A stretch of 64,000 nt of DNA from a virus: positions 1 to 64,000 of IMG/VR virus record IMGVR_UViG_3300006914_000013, one strand, 5' to 3'. Within the stretch, counting starts at the first letter, position 1; every line of letters begins with the position of its first letter. A program made the translations under genes and the position numbers. A model generated the notes under the pieces. That model was not told where the DNA came from, searched no databases, and saw nothing but the letters and a program-made list of their open reading frames with translations. This document shows positions 27,479-37,186 of the stretch, piece after piece.

Positions 27479-27990
27479 TGGCCGGCTTACTGACCTACCT
27501 CATTCGTGGCGAAATTGACCAGTCGATCAGGGAGATTGACGGCACCATCCTGACCCGCCCGACCCTGCTGGTGACTGACGGCCTCGCCCTGACCTACGGC
27601 TGCGATGTCGACGTGGGCCTCAAGTCGTTGGACAGCAACACCGGCGATGAAGTGGTGGCACCGCTGCGCAACGTGGCGATCGCGGCCAACAGCCGGGATC
27701 TGATCTACGCCGACGCCGGCACCGCCGTGCGCCTGCGCCGTTCGGAAACCGGGCGCTGGGAAGTCACTGGCCTGTCGAAGCGCCGCCCCGGTTCGTACAC
27801 CCGCACCCCGGTTCACATTCCCGACCCTAGCTTTGGCCCGATTGCCTACGACCTCGGCACCACCGTCGATGTCGGCCTGGTCGCCCGCGCCCTGACCTAT
27901 GACGAACTCGCCAGCTTCGGCGGCTACGGCGTTGTGCCTTACGGCGCGACAGGGATTTTCCGTGGCGGCGTCCTGATCGAACTGAGGTAA
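27478..27990 (+). CDS. Tail protein
   Basis: Translationally coupled within the tail module. Confidence 0.6.
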   Translation: MAGLLTYLIRGEIDQSIREIDGTILTRPTLLVTDGLALTYGCDVDVGLKSLDSNTGDEVVAPLRNVAIAANSRDLIYADAGTAVRLRRSETGRWEVTGLSKRRPGSYTRTPVHIPDPSFGPIAYDLGTTVDVGLVARALTYDELASFGGYGVVPYGATGIFRGGVLIELR

Positions 27991-27992
27991 GC

Positions 27993-30335
27993 ATGACTAT
28001 TACATTGCAGCGCCTTGCGACCACCGGGGAAACGGCCTACATCCCCAAACACAACGCCAACTATGACGCGATCGAAGCCGCGATCAACGTGATGTCCGGC
28101 ACGGTCGACACGTTGAGCAGCGCGGCGGCCAGTCCGACCAACCTGTTCAACATCGGCAAGGCGATGTTCGGCCCGATCGCCGTGGCGCTGGTCGGCGAGA
28201 CTTCATTCGCCGAAAGCACGTCAGGCACCAACCTGACCTTGCAGCCGGGCTTCTTTTGGAGTGCCAGCGCCGCGCAGATGGCGTACAAGTCGACCACCAC
28301 GGTGATTCCGTTCAGTGGCGCCGCCGCCGGTACCTATTACATTCGCATGGGCATCGACGGCATTCCGTACCGCGACACCAGCAGCGCCGCCGCACTGTAC
28401 TCGGTGGTGTGGTCCGGCACGGCGTTCACTTCGGTCAACAAGCTGGCCACCTATGCCCCGGGCTACCAGGATCTGCTCGACCTGCTCAGCAGTGGCTACT
28501 CGGGTCTGACCTACGCCAGCCCGGACAAGCGGATCGAAGCCACGGAAAAGGCCTTTAGCGCCCTGCTGAGCAAGAGCATCACCACCGCCGACGTGACCTT
28601 GACCACCGCCGAAGCCATGGAACAGGGGGTGATCCGCCTGAGCGGCACGCCAACGGCGGCACGCAACCTGATCGTGCCGGCGAAGGCCAAGGTTTATTTC
28701 ATCGACAACGATACGGCTGGCGCGTTTGCCGTGACGGTTAAGACCCCGTCCGGTACCGGTGTGGCTCTGCCGTCCGGCACCAACGGCGCGCTGTTCTGCG
28801 ACGGGGTCAACGTGGTGTCGATCGCCTCGGGCACTGGCGGCGGTGGCGGTGCCTCGGCCTTCACCGGGTTGTCCGACGTACCGGCCAGCTACTCCGGCCA
28901 GGCCAACAAAATGGTCAAGGTCAAGGCTGACGAATCCGGCCTGGAGTTCTCCACCGGCGCCGCTCCCACAGTGTTTACCGGGCTTACCGACGCCCCCGCG
29001 AGCTACACCGGGCAGGCAGGCAAGGTGCCGGTGGTCAACCTGGCAGAGACTGGCCTTGAGTTCGGCAGCCCGGTGTCCAGCTACCTGGCCCTGTCCGACA
29101 CCCCGAACGCCTACACCGGCCAGGCGTTTCGCGTGGTGTCGGTCAAGGGCGATGAGTCCGGGCTGGAATTCAGCGCCGCCGCCGCACCGTCGACCCTGCT
29201 CGCCCTGTCCGACACCCCTGACACCTACGCCAGCCAGGCGCTGAAAGTGCTGCGGGTCAACGCCGCCGGCACCGGGGTCGAGTTTGCGATCGGCAGCGGC
29301 CCGGCGAACTTCCTGGAACTGCCGGACGCCCCCGACACCTACGCCAGTCAGGCGCTGAAGTTCGTCCGGGTCAATGCGGCGGCGACAGGGTTGGAGTTCG
29401 CCCCTCTGGCTACCACCACCCTGCTCGCCCTGACCGACACGCCAGATACCTACGCCGGTTCCGCCTTCAAGGTGATCACGGTCAAGGGGGATGAGAGCGG
29501 CATCGAGTTCTCGGCAGCAGCCACCCCCACAAGTTTCATTGGGCTCACGGACGCGCCCACCAGTTACACCAGCCAAGGCGGCAAGACGGTCAAGGTCAAG
29601 TCGGATGCCTCGGGCCTGGAGTTCGTCACGGTGCCGGCGGGCATCACTGCATTTACCGGCTTGAGCGATGTGCCAGCGAACTACACCGGCGCGGGCGGCA
29701 AGAAGGTCAAGGTCAAGGCCGATGCCTCGGGCCTGGAGTTCGTCACCGACACGTCCGGCGCGACCGCCTTCACCGGCCTGAGCGACGTGCCTGCCAACTA
29801 CACCGGCGCCGCCAACAAGAAGGTCCGGGTCAACTCGGCAGGGACCGGCTTAGAGTTCGTCACCGACACCACTGGCGCCACGGCGTTTGTCGGCCTGTCT
29901 GACGTACCGGCCAGCTTCTCCGGGCAGGCGCTGAAAGGCGTGCGAGTCAACGCAGCAGCCAACGCGCTGGAGTTCTATGACGAACCGGTGGTGATCGGTG
30001 TGGCGTGGAACGGTGTGCCGGCAGCCAACCAGGTGCTCGGCCTGTTCACCGCGCCGTATGCCATCGACTTCGCCGCCGCCATGGCCGGCTCCAGCGGGAT
30101 CGCCCTGGTCGCGGCCACCGCGCAGACCGACATCACCGTCAACAAGATCGCCGCCAGCGGCCACGGCGTCACGGCAGTGGGCACCGTGCGCTTCGCCGCA
30201 GCCGGTGCGGCGCCGACCTTTATCGCCGCTTCGGCGTTCAGCCTGGCGGTTGGTGACGCCTTGCAATTCAAGGCCCCGGGCACGGCCGACGCCACGCTCG
30301 CGGACTTTTCATTCTCTGTCGTAGGGGTGCGCTGA
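27993..30335 (+). CDS. Tail fibre with ten ~38-aa repeats
   Basis: Repeats of F.GLSD.PA.Y.G.A.K...V.....GLEF after a Gly linker. Confidence 0.85.
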   Translation: MTITLQRLATTGETAYIPKHNANYDAIEAAINVMSGTVDTLSSAAASPTNLFNIGKAMFGPIAVALVGETSFAESTSGTNLTLQPGFFWSASAAQMAYKSTTTVIPFSGAAAGTYYIRMGIDGIPYRDTSSAAALYSVVWSGTAFTSVNKLATYAPGYQDLLDLLSSGYSGLTYASPDKRIEATEKAFSALLSKSITTADVTLTTAEAMEQGVIRLSGTPTAARNLIVPAKAKVYFIDNDTAGAFAVTVKTPSGTGVALPSGTNGALFCDGVNVVSIASGTGGGGGASAFTGLSDVPASYSGQANKMVKVKADESGLEFSTGAAPTVFTGLTDAPASYTGQAGKVPVVNLAETGLEFGSPVSSYLALSDTPNAYTGQAFRVVSVKGDESGLEFSAAAAPSTLLALSDTPDTYASQALKVLRVNAAGTGVEFAIGSGPANFLELPDAPDTYASQALKFVRVNAAATGLEFAPLATTTLLALTDTPDTYAGSAFKVITVKGDESGIEFSAAATPTSFIGLTDAPTSYTSQGGKTVKVKSDASGLEFVTVPAGITAFTGLSDVPANYTGAGGKKVKVKADASGLEFVTDTSGATAFTGLSDVPANYTGAANKKVRVNSAGTGLEFVTDTTGATAFVGLSDVPASFSGQALKGVRVNAAANALEFYDEPVVIGVAWNGVPAANQVLGLFTAPYAIDFAAAMAGSSGIALVAATAQTDITVNKIAASGHGVTAVGTVRFAAAGAAPTFIAASAFSLAVGDALQFKAPGTADATLADFSFSVVGVR
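28857..29980 (+). repeat. Ten tandem coding repeats of ~108-117 bp in the tail fibre
   Basis: Seen in the translation; units 7-9 also share near-identical DNA (gatgcctcgggcctggagttcgtcac). Confidence 0.9.
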
Positions 30336-30336
30336 C

Positions 30337-31416
30337 ATGGCTTGGGTAACAAATTTTCTGGATGGCTTCGATCATTACACCGCAGCGGATGTAGGGGCCA
30401 AGTGGGATAACGCCGACCTCAACCCATCCATTTCCACCACGACCTTCCGTAACAGTGGGCAATCCCTGAACATCGGCAGTGGTCCGGCCGCCCAACAAAT
30501 GAGCAAGCGGCTGAATATCGCGGCGCGCAACATCGTGTTTGGGATGGGTATTCGGTTTGGGTCCGCGCCTACTGGGACGGCCTTTTCTGGGTCCGGGGCT
30601 TTCGCTGTGTTGACCAACGAGCAGACCTACGGGACCACCACGCAACTCGCCTTCACCTTTGCCTCTGATGGCAAGTTGCATGTCGGGCGCTGCACGTCTA
30701 CGGGCTTGTCGTTTGTGGGTGCAACGGACAACTGGGTGGGGACCACCGTTTTTGCCGCAAACACTTGGTATTACTTGGAAGTCCGGGTCTACATCCACGA
30801 CACCGCAGGGGCTATCGAAGTTCGGGTCAACGGCGTGGCTGAGATTACGGTTACAGGCGCCGACACCAAGGCCCACGCCACCCTGGATGCCGCTGAATAC
30901 TTCCAGATTCGCGGGCTGTCGGTGACTTCCTTCATTGATGATTTTTATGTGCGCACTGAAGCGTCGTCCACCGAAGTCACCGGCGGCTTTTTGGGCGACA
31001 TCAAGATCAAACCGTACTACCCCAACGCAGACGGCACGTACACCGCGATGACGTGCAGCACCGGCACCACGCACAACACGCTGGTGGACGAAACCACGCC
31101 CAACACCACCGACTACGTCAGTTCCAGCACCGCCCTGACAAAGGATTCCTACGGTTTCCAGGACGCTTCGGAAACCGGGTCGATCAAAGCGGTGCAGGTG
31201 AGCGCCTACTGCTACAAGGCGGACGCGGGTTTCCGTGGGGCCGAGGTGTTCATCAAATCCGGGGCAACGGAAGTTTTCGGCACCTCACAGCCGCTGTCCA
31301 CCAGCGCCAAGTACGTGCAGAAGGTGTTTGAGCAGGACCCCAACACCTCGGCGGACTGGTCGCAGACCAATTTGAACGCGGCCGAATTCGGCGTGCGGAT
31401 CTCGGCGGACGTCTGA
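30337..31416 (+). CDS. Putative receptor-binding protein, lectin/LamG-like
   Basis: NTWYYLEVRV...G.IEVRVNG and FIDDFY ConA/LamG-like motifs. Confidence 0.65.
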   Translation: MAWVTNFLDGFDHYTAADVGAKWDNADLNPSISTTTFRNSGQSLNIGSGPAAQQMSKRLNIAARNIVFGMGIRFGSAPTGTAFSGSGAFAVLTNEQTYGTTTQLAFTFASDGKLHVGRCTSTGLSFVGATDNWVGTTVFAANTWYYLEVRVYIHDTAGAIEVRVNGVAEITVTGADTKAHATLDAAEYFQIRGLSVTSFIDDFYVRTEASSTEVTGGFLGDIKIKPYYPNADGTYTAMTCSTGTTHNTLVDETTPNTTDYVSSSTALTKDSYGFQDASETGSIKAVQVSAYCYKADAGFRGAEVFIKSGATEVFGTSQPLSTSAKYVQKVFEQDPNTSADWSQTNLNAAEFGVRISADV

Positions 31417-31417
31417 C

Positions 31418-32305
31418 ATGACCACCTACTCGACCAGTTTTGACAGCTACACGGCCGACGTTCAGCCGTCCGACTGGACGGCGCGGTGGGTCACCACCTC
31501 CACCACCTGGCTAACGCGCAGCAAGGCCGCCACGGAAGGTGGCAAGGTGTTGGAGCATACCGCGAGTTCTCAAGCTCGCCACCTGCTGACCTGGAATGCA
31601 ATCGACGCCGATGCCAACCGGGCCAACGTCGAGATTCTGGCGAGGGTTCGCCCCAGCACCAGCTCGGTCGAGCTACCGCAACTGACGGTCAGGGGCTCAG
31701 GGGCAGCGGCGGCCGAGAACGGTTACCTGATCAAGTTCGACCCCAGTAGCATCGGTTACAAGCTGCAAAAATTCGTGGCCGGGGCCAACACTGACCTGGG
31801 CACGTTCGTCAGTTTCAGTCCGACGGCGAACGCTTGGTATTACATCCGTTTCCGGGCCAACGGCACCACCGTGCAGATGCGGATCTGGAAGGACGGCGAA
31901 GTAGAACCCACCGCCTGGAGCGTCACGGTAACTGACTCATCGGTTACGGCGGCCGGGTGGGTGGGGGTAACCCAAATTAGCGCCACCGGCACACGAGACA
32001 TCGACTGGTTCAGTGTCGGCACTAACGGTGACACCGCCCCACTCCCTACCAGCACCGCGACCCAAATCCGGGTCTCGCAGGTGGTAAATGAGGCGATTCA
32101 CGCCACCGTAGCGCAAGGCCGCGTCTCGCAGGTGGTAACCGAAGTTATTCACCACACCGTGGCGCAAGCCCGCATTTCGCAGCTGGTCACCGAAGTGGCG
32201 ATCAGTGCCCCAATCGACGGCCGTATCAGCCAGATGGTGGTCGAAGTCGCCTTCAGTAACGCCGTCGCCGTCACCCAACAACCACGCATGATTGTGTTGA
32301 CCTGA
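31418..32305 (+). CDS. Tail-associated lectin-like protein with four 18-aa C-terminal repeats
   Basis: AWYYIRFR..G...R.W.DG..EP..W fold; R(V/I)SQ.V.E repeats. Confidence 0.65.
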   Translation: MTTYSTSFDSYTADVQPSDWTARWVTTSTTWLTRSKAATEGGKVLEHTASSQARHLLTWNAIDADANRANVEILARVRPSTSSVELPQLTVRGSGAAAAENGYLIKFDPSSIGYKLQKFVAGANTDLGTFVSFSPTANAWYYIRFRANGTTVQMRIWKDGEVEPTAWSVTVTDSSVTAAGWVGVTQISATGTRDIDWFSVGTNGDTAPLPTSTATQIRVSQVVNEAIHATVAQGRVSQVVTEVIHHTVAQARISQLVTEVAISAPIDGRISQMVVEVAFSNAVAVTQQPRMIVLT

Positions 32306-32322
32306 CCCAAGGGGGAGCGCCT

Positions 32323-32706
32323 ATGACAATTGAAGAACGTCGTGCAGCGGGGTATTCACGCCTAGCCCGAGTGGTTACGGCCGTGTGCAGCGCACTGTGT
32401 GTCGCCATCTTGGTCGGGTTCCTGAGCAGCATTCAGGACCTGGTAAAGCAGGCGCCTCTGCTCGCCCTGCACATGGCCACGACCAACCAGAAGCTGGACG
32501 CCATTGAGAACGAACAGGCGCAAGCCAAGCTGGCGATCGCCTCCCTGACCAAGGACTACACGTCGCGGGAACAGTTACAGAGTGAGCTAGAAAAGCTCAA
32601 CGACAAGATCCGCGCCTTGCAGATGCAGCAGGCCGTGATCGAAATGATTTTGAAATCGGGGAAGGCCGGGCCAACCCGGCAGGGGGGTGGGTATGGGCAG
32701 TCCTGA
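32323..32706 (+). CDS. Membrane-anchored coiled-coil protein (lysis-associated candidate)
   Basis: One N-terminal transmembrane segment followed by a coiled coil. Confidence 0.55.
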   Translation: MTIEERRAAGYSRLARVVTAVCSALCVAILVGFLSSIQDLVKQAPLLALHMATTNQKLDAIENEQAQAKLAIASLTKDYTSREQLQSELEKLNDKIRALQMQQAVIEMILKSGKAGPTRQGGGYGQS

Positions 32707-32947
32707 AGCACGACAAGCACTGTTGAACTTGCTGATGCGCTACCTGCAACAGCCGTCAACCTGGCAGGGGCTGGCTTTGGGCCTCGGCTCCCTGTCGGCC
32801 TACCTCGGGGTGCCGGTGGAACAAGCGGCGGCGGGGGTCGCCCTGGTCATCGCGTTGATCCTGATCTTTCGCGACGAGCGCAAGCCGACCGAGGTGATCG
32901 AGGACGCGGTGGCCAAGGCGCTGGATGACAAGGTCGACAAGTCATGA
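32693..32947 (+). CDS. Putative holin
   Basis: L.QPSTW.GL motif, two transmembrane helices, charged C-terminus. Confidence 0.7.
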   Translation: MGSPEARQALLNLLMRYLQQPSTWQGLALGLGSLSAYLGVPVEQAAAGVALVIALILIFRDERKPTEVIEDAVAKALDDKVDKS

Positions 32948-33402
32948 GCGCCTTCCAGTTCATCAGCCTGCTCAACTTGCAGGAATACACCCCACGCGGG
33001 GTGCCCGTACCAGATGAGTGGGTGGTGACTGACCCGCTGATCGGGCTGCGCACCTACGCCGGCAAGGTCGACAAGATCATTGCCCCCCGGGGCTTTATCA
33101 CTGACCTAGCGTCGATCCCGCGCCCGTTCCGTGGGGTGTTCAACGTCAACGGGCTGTTGCGTGCCCCGGCGGTGCTGCATGACTGGCTGTACTGTTCGCA
33201 GCGCTACAGCCGGGCCGAGGCGGACGCGATCTTTCTGGAGGCCATGGAGGCCCGGGGCATCGACAAGGCCACCCGCTACGCCGTGTATGCGACCGTGCGG
33301 GCGTTCGGCTGGCGCTACTACAACAAACGTAAAGCAGCCCTCGGCCTGAGCGCCGAGGATTTTGTACCGCCGGGCTACTTCACCGTCGCAAGTGCGACAT
33401 AA
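32944..33402 (+). CDS. DUF1353 family protein
   Basis: PRGFITDLASIP, AVLHDWLY, R.EAD.IF.EAM, VR.FG. Confidence 0.85.
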   Translation: MSAFQFISLLNLQEYTPRGVPVPDEWVVTDPLIGLRTYAGKVDKIIAPRGFITDLASIPRPFRGVFNVNGLLRAPAVLHDWLYCSQRYSRAEADAIFLEAMEARGIDKATRYAVYATVRAFGWRYYNKRKAALGLSAEDFVPPGYFTVASAT

Positions 33403-33604
33403 CCCGGCGTTCATGGTCCATGCGACAGTCCACATCGCAATAGCGCCCCTCCGTGATGGGCGCCTCGCAGTTCAAACACTCCCCCGTACACGTCGCCATC
33501 ACCTTCTGGTGGTGAGCGGCGGCTGCCCGGTGCTGGCGCAGCAGCAAGTCCTCGATCAGTTCCTGTTCATCCCCGGCGGCATCGGCGGCATCGGTCATGG
33601 TCAA
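33380..33604 (-). CDS. TraR/DksA-like C4 zinc-finger protein
   Basis: N-terminal D.AD.A motif as in TraR; CLNC...YCDVDC. Confidence 0.7.
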   Translation of the reverse strand: MTMTDAADAAGDEQELIEDLLLRQHRAAAAHHQKVMATCTGECLNCEAPITEGRYCDVDCRMDHERRVMSHLRR

Positions 33605-35808
33605 ATCTCCAGCGTGTTGTCGAATACGGTGGCGTCCATTTCCCTGTGCGTCACCATCACCACCTGTTTGCCGCTGCCAGCGAGCAGGGTACTGAAAGCC
33701 AGCGCACGCTCCGGGTCCATGTCGGCGGTCGGTTCATCCATCAGCACCAGGTTCAGCGGCGACAGCGCAGCGGCATCGAGCGCCAGTTGCACGGCGGTGC
33801 CGATGATCGCCAGCTGGGCGCCCGAGGCTTCGGCCTGCTCCATTTCGAAACCGTCCTCGACGAAGGTGAAGGCGCCGTCTTCGCCCCGGCTGATTGACTC
33901 GATCACCCCGCCGGTGGCGTTGCTGGCGAACATCGAGGCGCTGGCCATGAACACGTCCCATACCTGTTTGCTGTAGCGATCACGGTTGCTGCGGATGTGC
34001 CCCAGCAGTTCGGTGAGCAGGCTGACCTTCTGCGCCGCCTGTTCGTGCTGGCGATTGCGCTCGACCACGGTGGCCAGCGTGCGTTCCAGCGCGACCCGCT
34101 GTTCGTGGATGCCGTGCTTGAGGTTGGACAGAACCCCGATCTGTTCCTGCAGGCGGCGGATCTGGCCATCGCAGGCGTCAACCTTCTCGCGGTGATGCCG
34201 CAGGGCGGTGGGCAGGTCGACCCCAACCACCTGGTGCTGGATTTCGGTCTGGTGCAGCTCGGCTTTGGCGTTGGCCAGCCACTGATTGCGCTGCGTGGCG
34301 TTGCCTTCGGCCACGGCCAGCGCCTGGCGCAGGGTGGCTTGGCGCTGCGCGTCCTGCCGGCCGGTGCTGATCTGCGCGTCCAGCGCCTCGATCTGCGGCG
34401 CGAGCGATTCAGCTGGCGGCATCGTCAGGGAGTCACGGGCGGCCTGATCGAGCTGGTCGCTCAGCCGGTTGCACGTCACCTGGTGCAGATGCACCGAGTT
34501 TTCTGCCTGACGCAGACCTTCTTCGACACGGGCCAGGTTCTGGCGGTAGTTGGTTTCGGCCTGCAAGGCGTCCCGGGCCAACTGGGCCGCCGCCAGTTTC
34601 TCGCGCCAGGTCTCTTGGTGCTCGCGCACCTGCTCGGCGTGATCATGGGGGTTGAAGGCGTCAAACGGCCGCTTGCATCCACTGCACACGCCATTCTTGC
34701 CCGCCTCGATCAGCGCTTCCAGCCTGTCGCCTGCGCTTTGCTTGTCGGCCTCGGCCTGCGCGGCGACCATGCGCAGTTCCTCCAGATCCGCCCCGCCTTC
34801 GCGGCGAAACGCCTTGAGGTCGTCGCGGTAGGGCGCGGCTTTCCTGACCGCCGCCTGCAACTCCACCTGGGCTGACTCCAGATCCTGCTGCAACTGCTTG
34901 ACCAGGTTGCGCGCCTGCTTGCCTTCCATGGCCTGCTCGCGCAGATCCTTGAGCTGTAGTTCCAGATCCACCAGGCTTTCGGTGGTCAGCGGGTGCCCGC
35001 GGAACTGCGCGAGCTGCTGCTGGGCGCCTTCCAGTGCGGCCTGACTGGCGGTTGCCTCGCGCTCGGCCTGGCGCAGCGTGGTCACGGCGCCGAACACAGC
35101 GGTTTGCGCCTGAGACAGGCGGCGTTCGTTGTCTTCGCTGATGCCTCGCTGGCGTTTGGCCTCGGTCAGGTCGCTGTTCAGCTGCGTCAGGTCGATGGCC
35201 AGCTGGGTTTCCTCGCCCAGCCAGTTCATCACCTGCACCTGCTGTTCGTCGATGTCGGTCAGGGTCGTTTCATCCTGCAAGAGTTTCCAGGTCTTGAGCT
35301 GCCCCCCTACCCGCTCCATCACCTGACTGACCCGCTCCAGCCCGGTCAGCTCGGTGATGATCTTGAACAACTCAGTGCTGCCCACTTCCAGCAGGGCGCT
35401 GGCCTTGCGCTGCTTGGCGTACTTGATCTGCGCGAAGCGCTTGAGCGGCATGCCCAGCAGGCGGGCGACTGCCTGATTCACTGGCGTGGTGCCGGTGGCC
35501 ACCGGCTGTTCAGTGCCGTCCGGGCACAGCTCGGTCAGGCTGGCGCCGGTCTTGGTGCGCTCGATCCGGTACCGGCCGATGTTGCCGAAGGACAGCCACA
35601 GCGATTGTTTGAACCCGGTGTTGGTGCCCCGGGTTTGCAGACGGGTGCCGGGGACCAGCCGCGCCCCACCCAGGCAGTACAGAATCCCGTACAGCACGGT
35701 GGTTTTGCCCCGGTAGTTCGGCCCTGTCACCCCATTCAACCCAGCGGTGAAGTCCAGCACCAGGTGCTCATGCTTCTTGAAGTTGTTGAGTTCCAGGCGC
35801 TCTAACAT
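33601..35808 (-). CDS. sbcC: SbcC/Rad50-like SMC ATPase
   Basis: GPNYRGKT, coiled coil with CSGC hook, ASGAQ signature, LMDEPTADMD, VTH. Confidence 0.92.
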   Translation of the reverse strand: MLERLELNNFKKHEHLVLDFTAGLNGVTGPNYRGKTTVLYGILYCLGGARLVPGTRLQTRGTNTGFKQSLWLSFGNIGRYRIERTKTGASLTELCPDGTEQPVATGTTPVNQAVARLLGMPLKRFAQIKYAKQRKASALLEVGSTELFKIITELTGLERVSQVMERVGGQLKTWKLLQDETTLTDIDEQQVQVMNWLGEETQLAIDLTQLNSDLTEAKRQRGISEDNERRLSQAQTAVFGAVTTLRQAEREATASQAALEGAQQQLAQFRGHPLTTESLVDLELQLKDLREQAMEGKQARNLVKQLQQDLESAQVELQAAVRKAAPYRDDLKAFRREGGADLEELRMVAAQAEADKQSAGDRLEALIEAGKNGVCSGCKRPFDAFNPHDHAEQVREHQETWREKLAAAQLARDALQAETNYRQNLARVEEGLRQAENSVHLHQVTCNRLSDQLDQAARDSLTMPPAESLAPQIEALDAQISTGRQDAQRQATLRQALAVAEGNATQRNQWLANAKAELHQTEIQHQVVGVDLPTALRHHREKVDACDGQIRRLQEQIGVLSNLKHGIHEQRVALERTLATVVERNRQHEQAAQKVSLLTELLGHIRSNRDRYSKQVWDVFMASASMFASNATGGVIESISRGEDGAFTFVEDGFEMEQAEASGAQLAIIGTAVQLALDAAALSPLNLVLMDEPTADMDPERALAFSTLLAGSGKQVVMVTHREMDATVFDNTLEI

Positions 35809-36098
35809 TACGCGGCCTCCACGACGTGGATGGTCAGGTCGATGTCCATGCGTTCGCCGATTTCCCGGATCGCCCGGCGCAGGCGCTTCAGCGTCTCGGC
35901 GTTGCAGTCATCGAGCGTCACGGCCGAGTAGCCCTGCAGGCTGGCGAGCACGATGCGGCGGCGGATGTAGGCCAGGGTCGCGGTCGGGCCGATGTCCAGC
36001 ACCGCCTTGCCGTTGGCCACGTAGTCCGCGGTGAGCTGGCGCAGCTTGGTGGTTTTGCCGCTGGCCCGTGGGCCACTGATGATGTCCAGTTTCATCAT
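35808..36098 (-). CDS. Small P-loop protein
   Basis: IISGPRASGKTT Walker A; AVTLDD Walker B-like; coupled on both sides. Confidence 0.65.
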   Translation of the reverse strand: MMKLDIISGPRASGKTTKLRQLTADYVANGKAVLDIGPTATLAYIRRRIVLASLQGYSAVTLDDCNAETLKRLRRAIREIGERMDIDLTIHVVEAA

Positions 36099-37186
36099 GC
36101 TTCCTCTTCTTGCAGGGAGGGCGCGGTGTCGGCCCAAAAGGCGTCAAACAGCTCGACCAGCTCGGGGCGCTTGATCAGCTCGGCGCGGATCTGCATGTCC
36201 AGCTGGTGGAAATCGTGGTCGGCCAGCGTCTCGCCGGTGCCCGGCTTGATCACCTCGGCGGTGTTGCGCACGGCCAGCGGTGCCCAGCTCTGCCAAATCT
36301 TGCGCACGGCGCGGGCCAGATCCATCACCTGACTGGCCTGCAACTCGCCGCTGATTTCGATGAACTGCGCGCCGTTTTCCTCATCGAAGTTGAAGTCCGG
36401 GGCGACCAGGTCGTTCACGTCCAGGTGCAGGTAGCCAGAATCGCGGTGCCATACCGTGTGGAATTCGTGCTTGCCGTCCGGGCGGATCAGCATCACGCGC
36501 TTGTCGGTGATGTCGCCGAAGCCGGTCGGGTGGGTGTTGCCGAGGATCACCACGCGGCCATCGAAGTCCTCGCGGGGATGGTGGTCGTGGCCGACCAGGA
36601 TGTAATCGAAGCCAGCATCGAGCAGCTGCTTGGCCTGCTTGCGGCTGAGCGACAGCGCGGTGTCGTCGGTGGCAAAGCCCGAGTCGTAGTTGCAGTGGAC
36701 ACACAGGTAGGCCTTGGTCCCGGCCACCTTGCCGCGCACCCAGTTCTCGGCGGCGGCCAGCGATTCATGGAAAAGCTTGTCGGTGCTGTGGTGCGGGATG
36801 AACAGGAAGGACACCCCGGGGCGCACGTCGTGAAGAAAGCCCCGGGCCTCGCCGAACGGTGTCAGCTGGATCACCCCCGGCCGGGCCTTGTCCATCAACT
36901 GCAAGGTGCCGAGGCGGCCCCGGTCGTTCACCAGGTCGTGGTTGCCCGCCATGATGTAATCCACCATGTCGGCCAGGCGCATCCCCTGCCAGATCACGTC
37001 TTCCGGGTTGGTGAAGCGGTCGAACAGGTCGCCCAGGCAGGCCTTGATCGCATGCGGAAAGCTATCGACCAGCCCACGGTTGTGGTAGTAGATCCCGTCC
37101 CGTAACCGGCGGCGGCTGTCCAGGGTGGTGTGGGACACCAGATTCTTGCCCAGGTGCGGGTCGGTGAAGACAAGGATGTCGGTCAT
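36095..37186 (-). CDS. sbcD: SbcD/Mre11-like metallophosphoesterase nuclease
   Basis: TDPHLG, GDLFD, GNHD, GHDH motifs. Confidence 0.92.
   Translation of the reverse strand: MTDILVFTDPHLGKNLVSHTTLDSRRRLRDGIYYHNRGLVDSFPHAIKACLGDLFDRFTNPEDVIWQGMRLADMVDYIMAGNHDLVNDRGRLGTLQLMDKARPGVIQLTPFGEARGFLHDVRPGVSFLFIPHHSTDKLFHESLAAAENWVRGKVAGTKAYLCVHCNYDSGFATDDTALSLSRKQAKQLLDAGFDYILVGHDHHPREDFDGRVVILGNTHPTGFGDITDKRVMLIRPDGKHEFHTVWHRDSGYLHLDVNDLVAPDFNFDEENGAQFIEISGELQASQVMDLARAVRKIWQSWAPLAVRNTAEVIKPGTGETLADHDFHQLDMQIRAELIKRPELVELFDAFWADTAPSLQEEEA

Noticed and set aside
28857-32305. Diversity-generating retroelement or invertase-driven fibre switching
   Set aside because: No reverse transcriptase or recombinase in the window; repeat differences are not adenine-specific.
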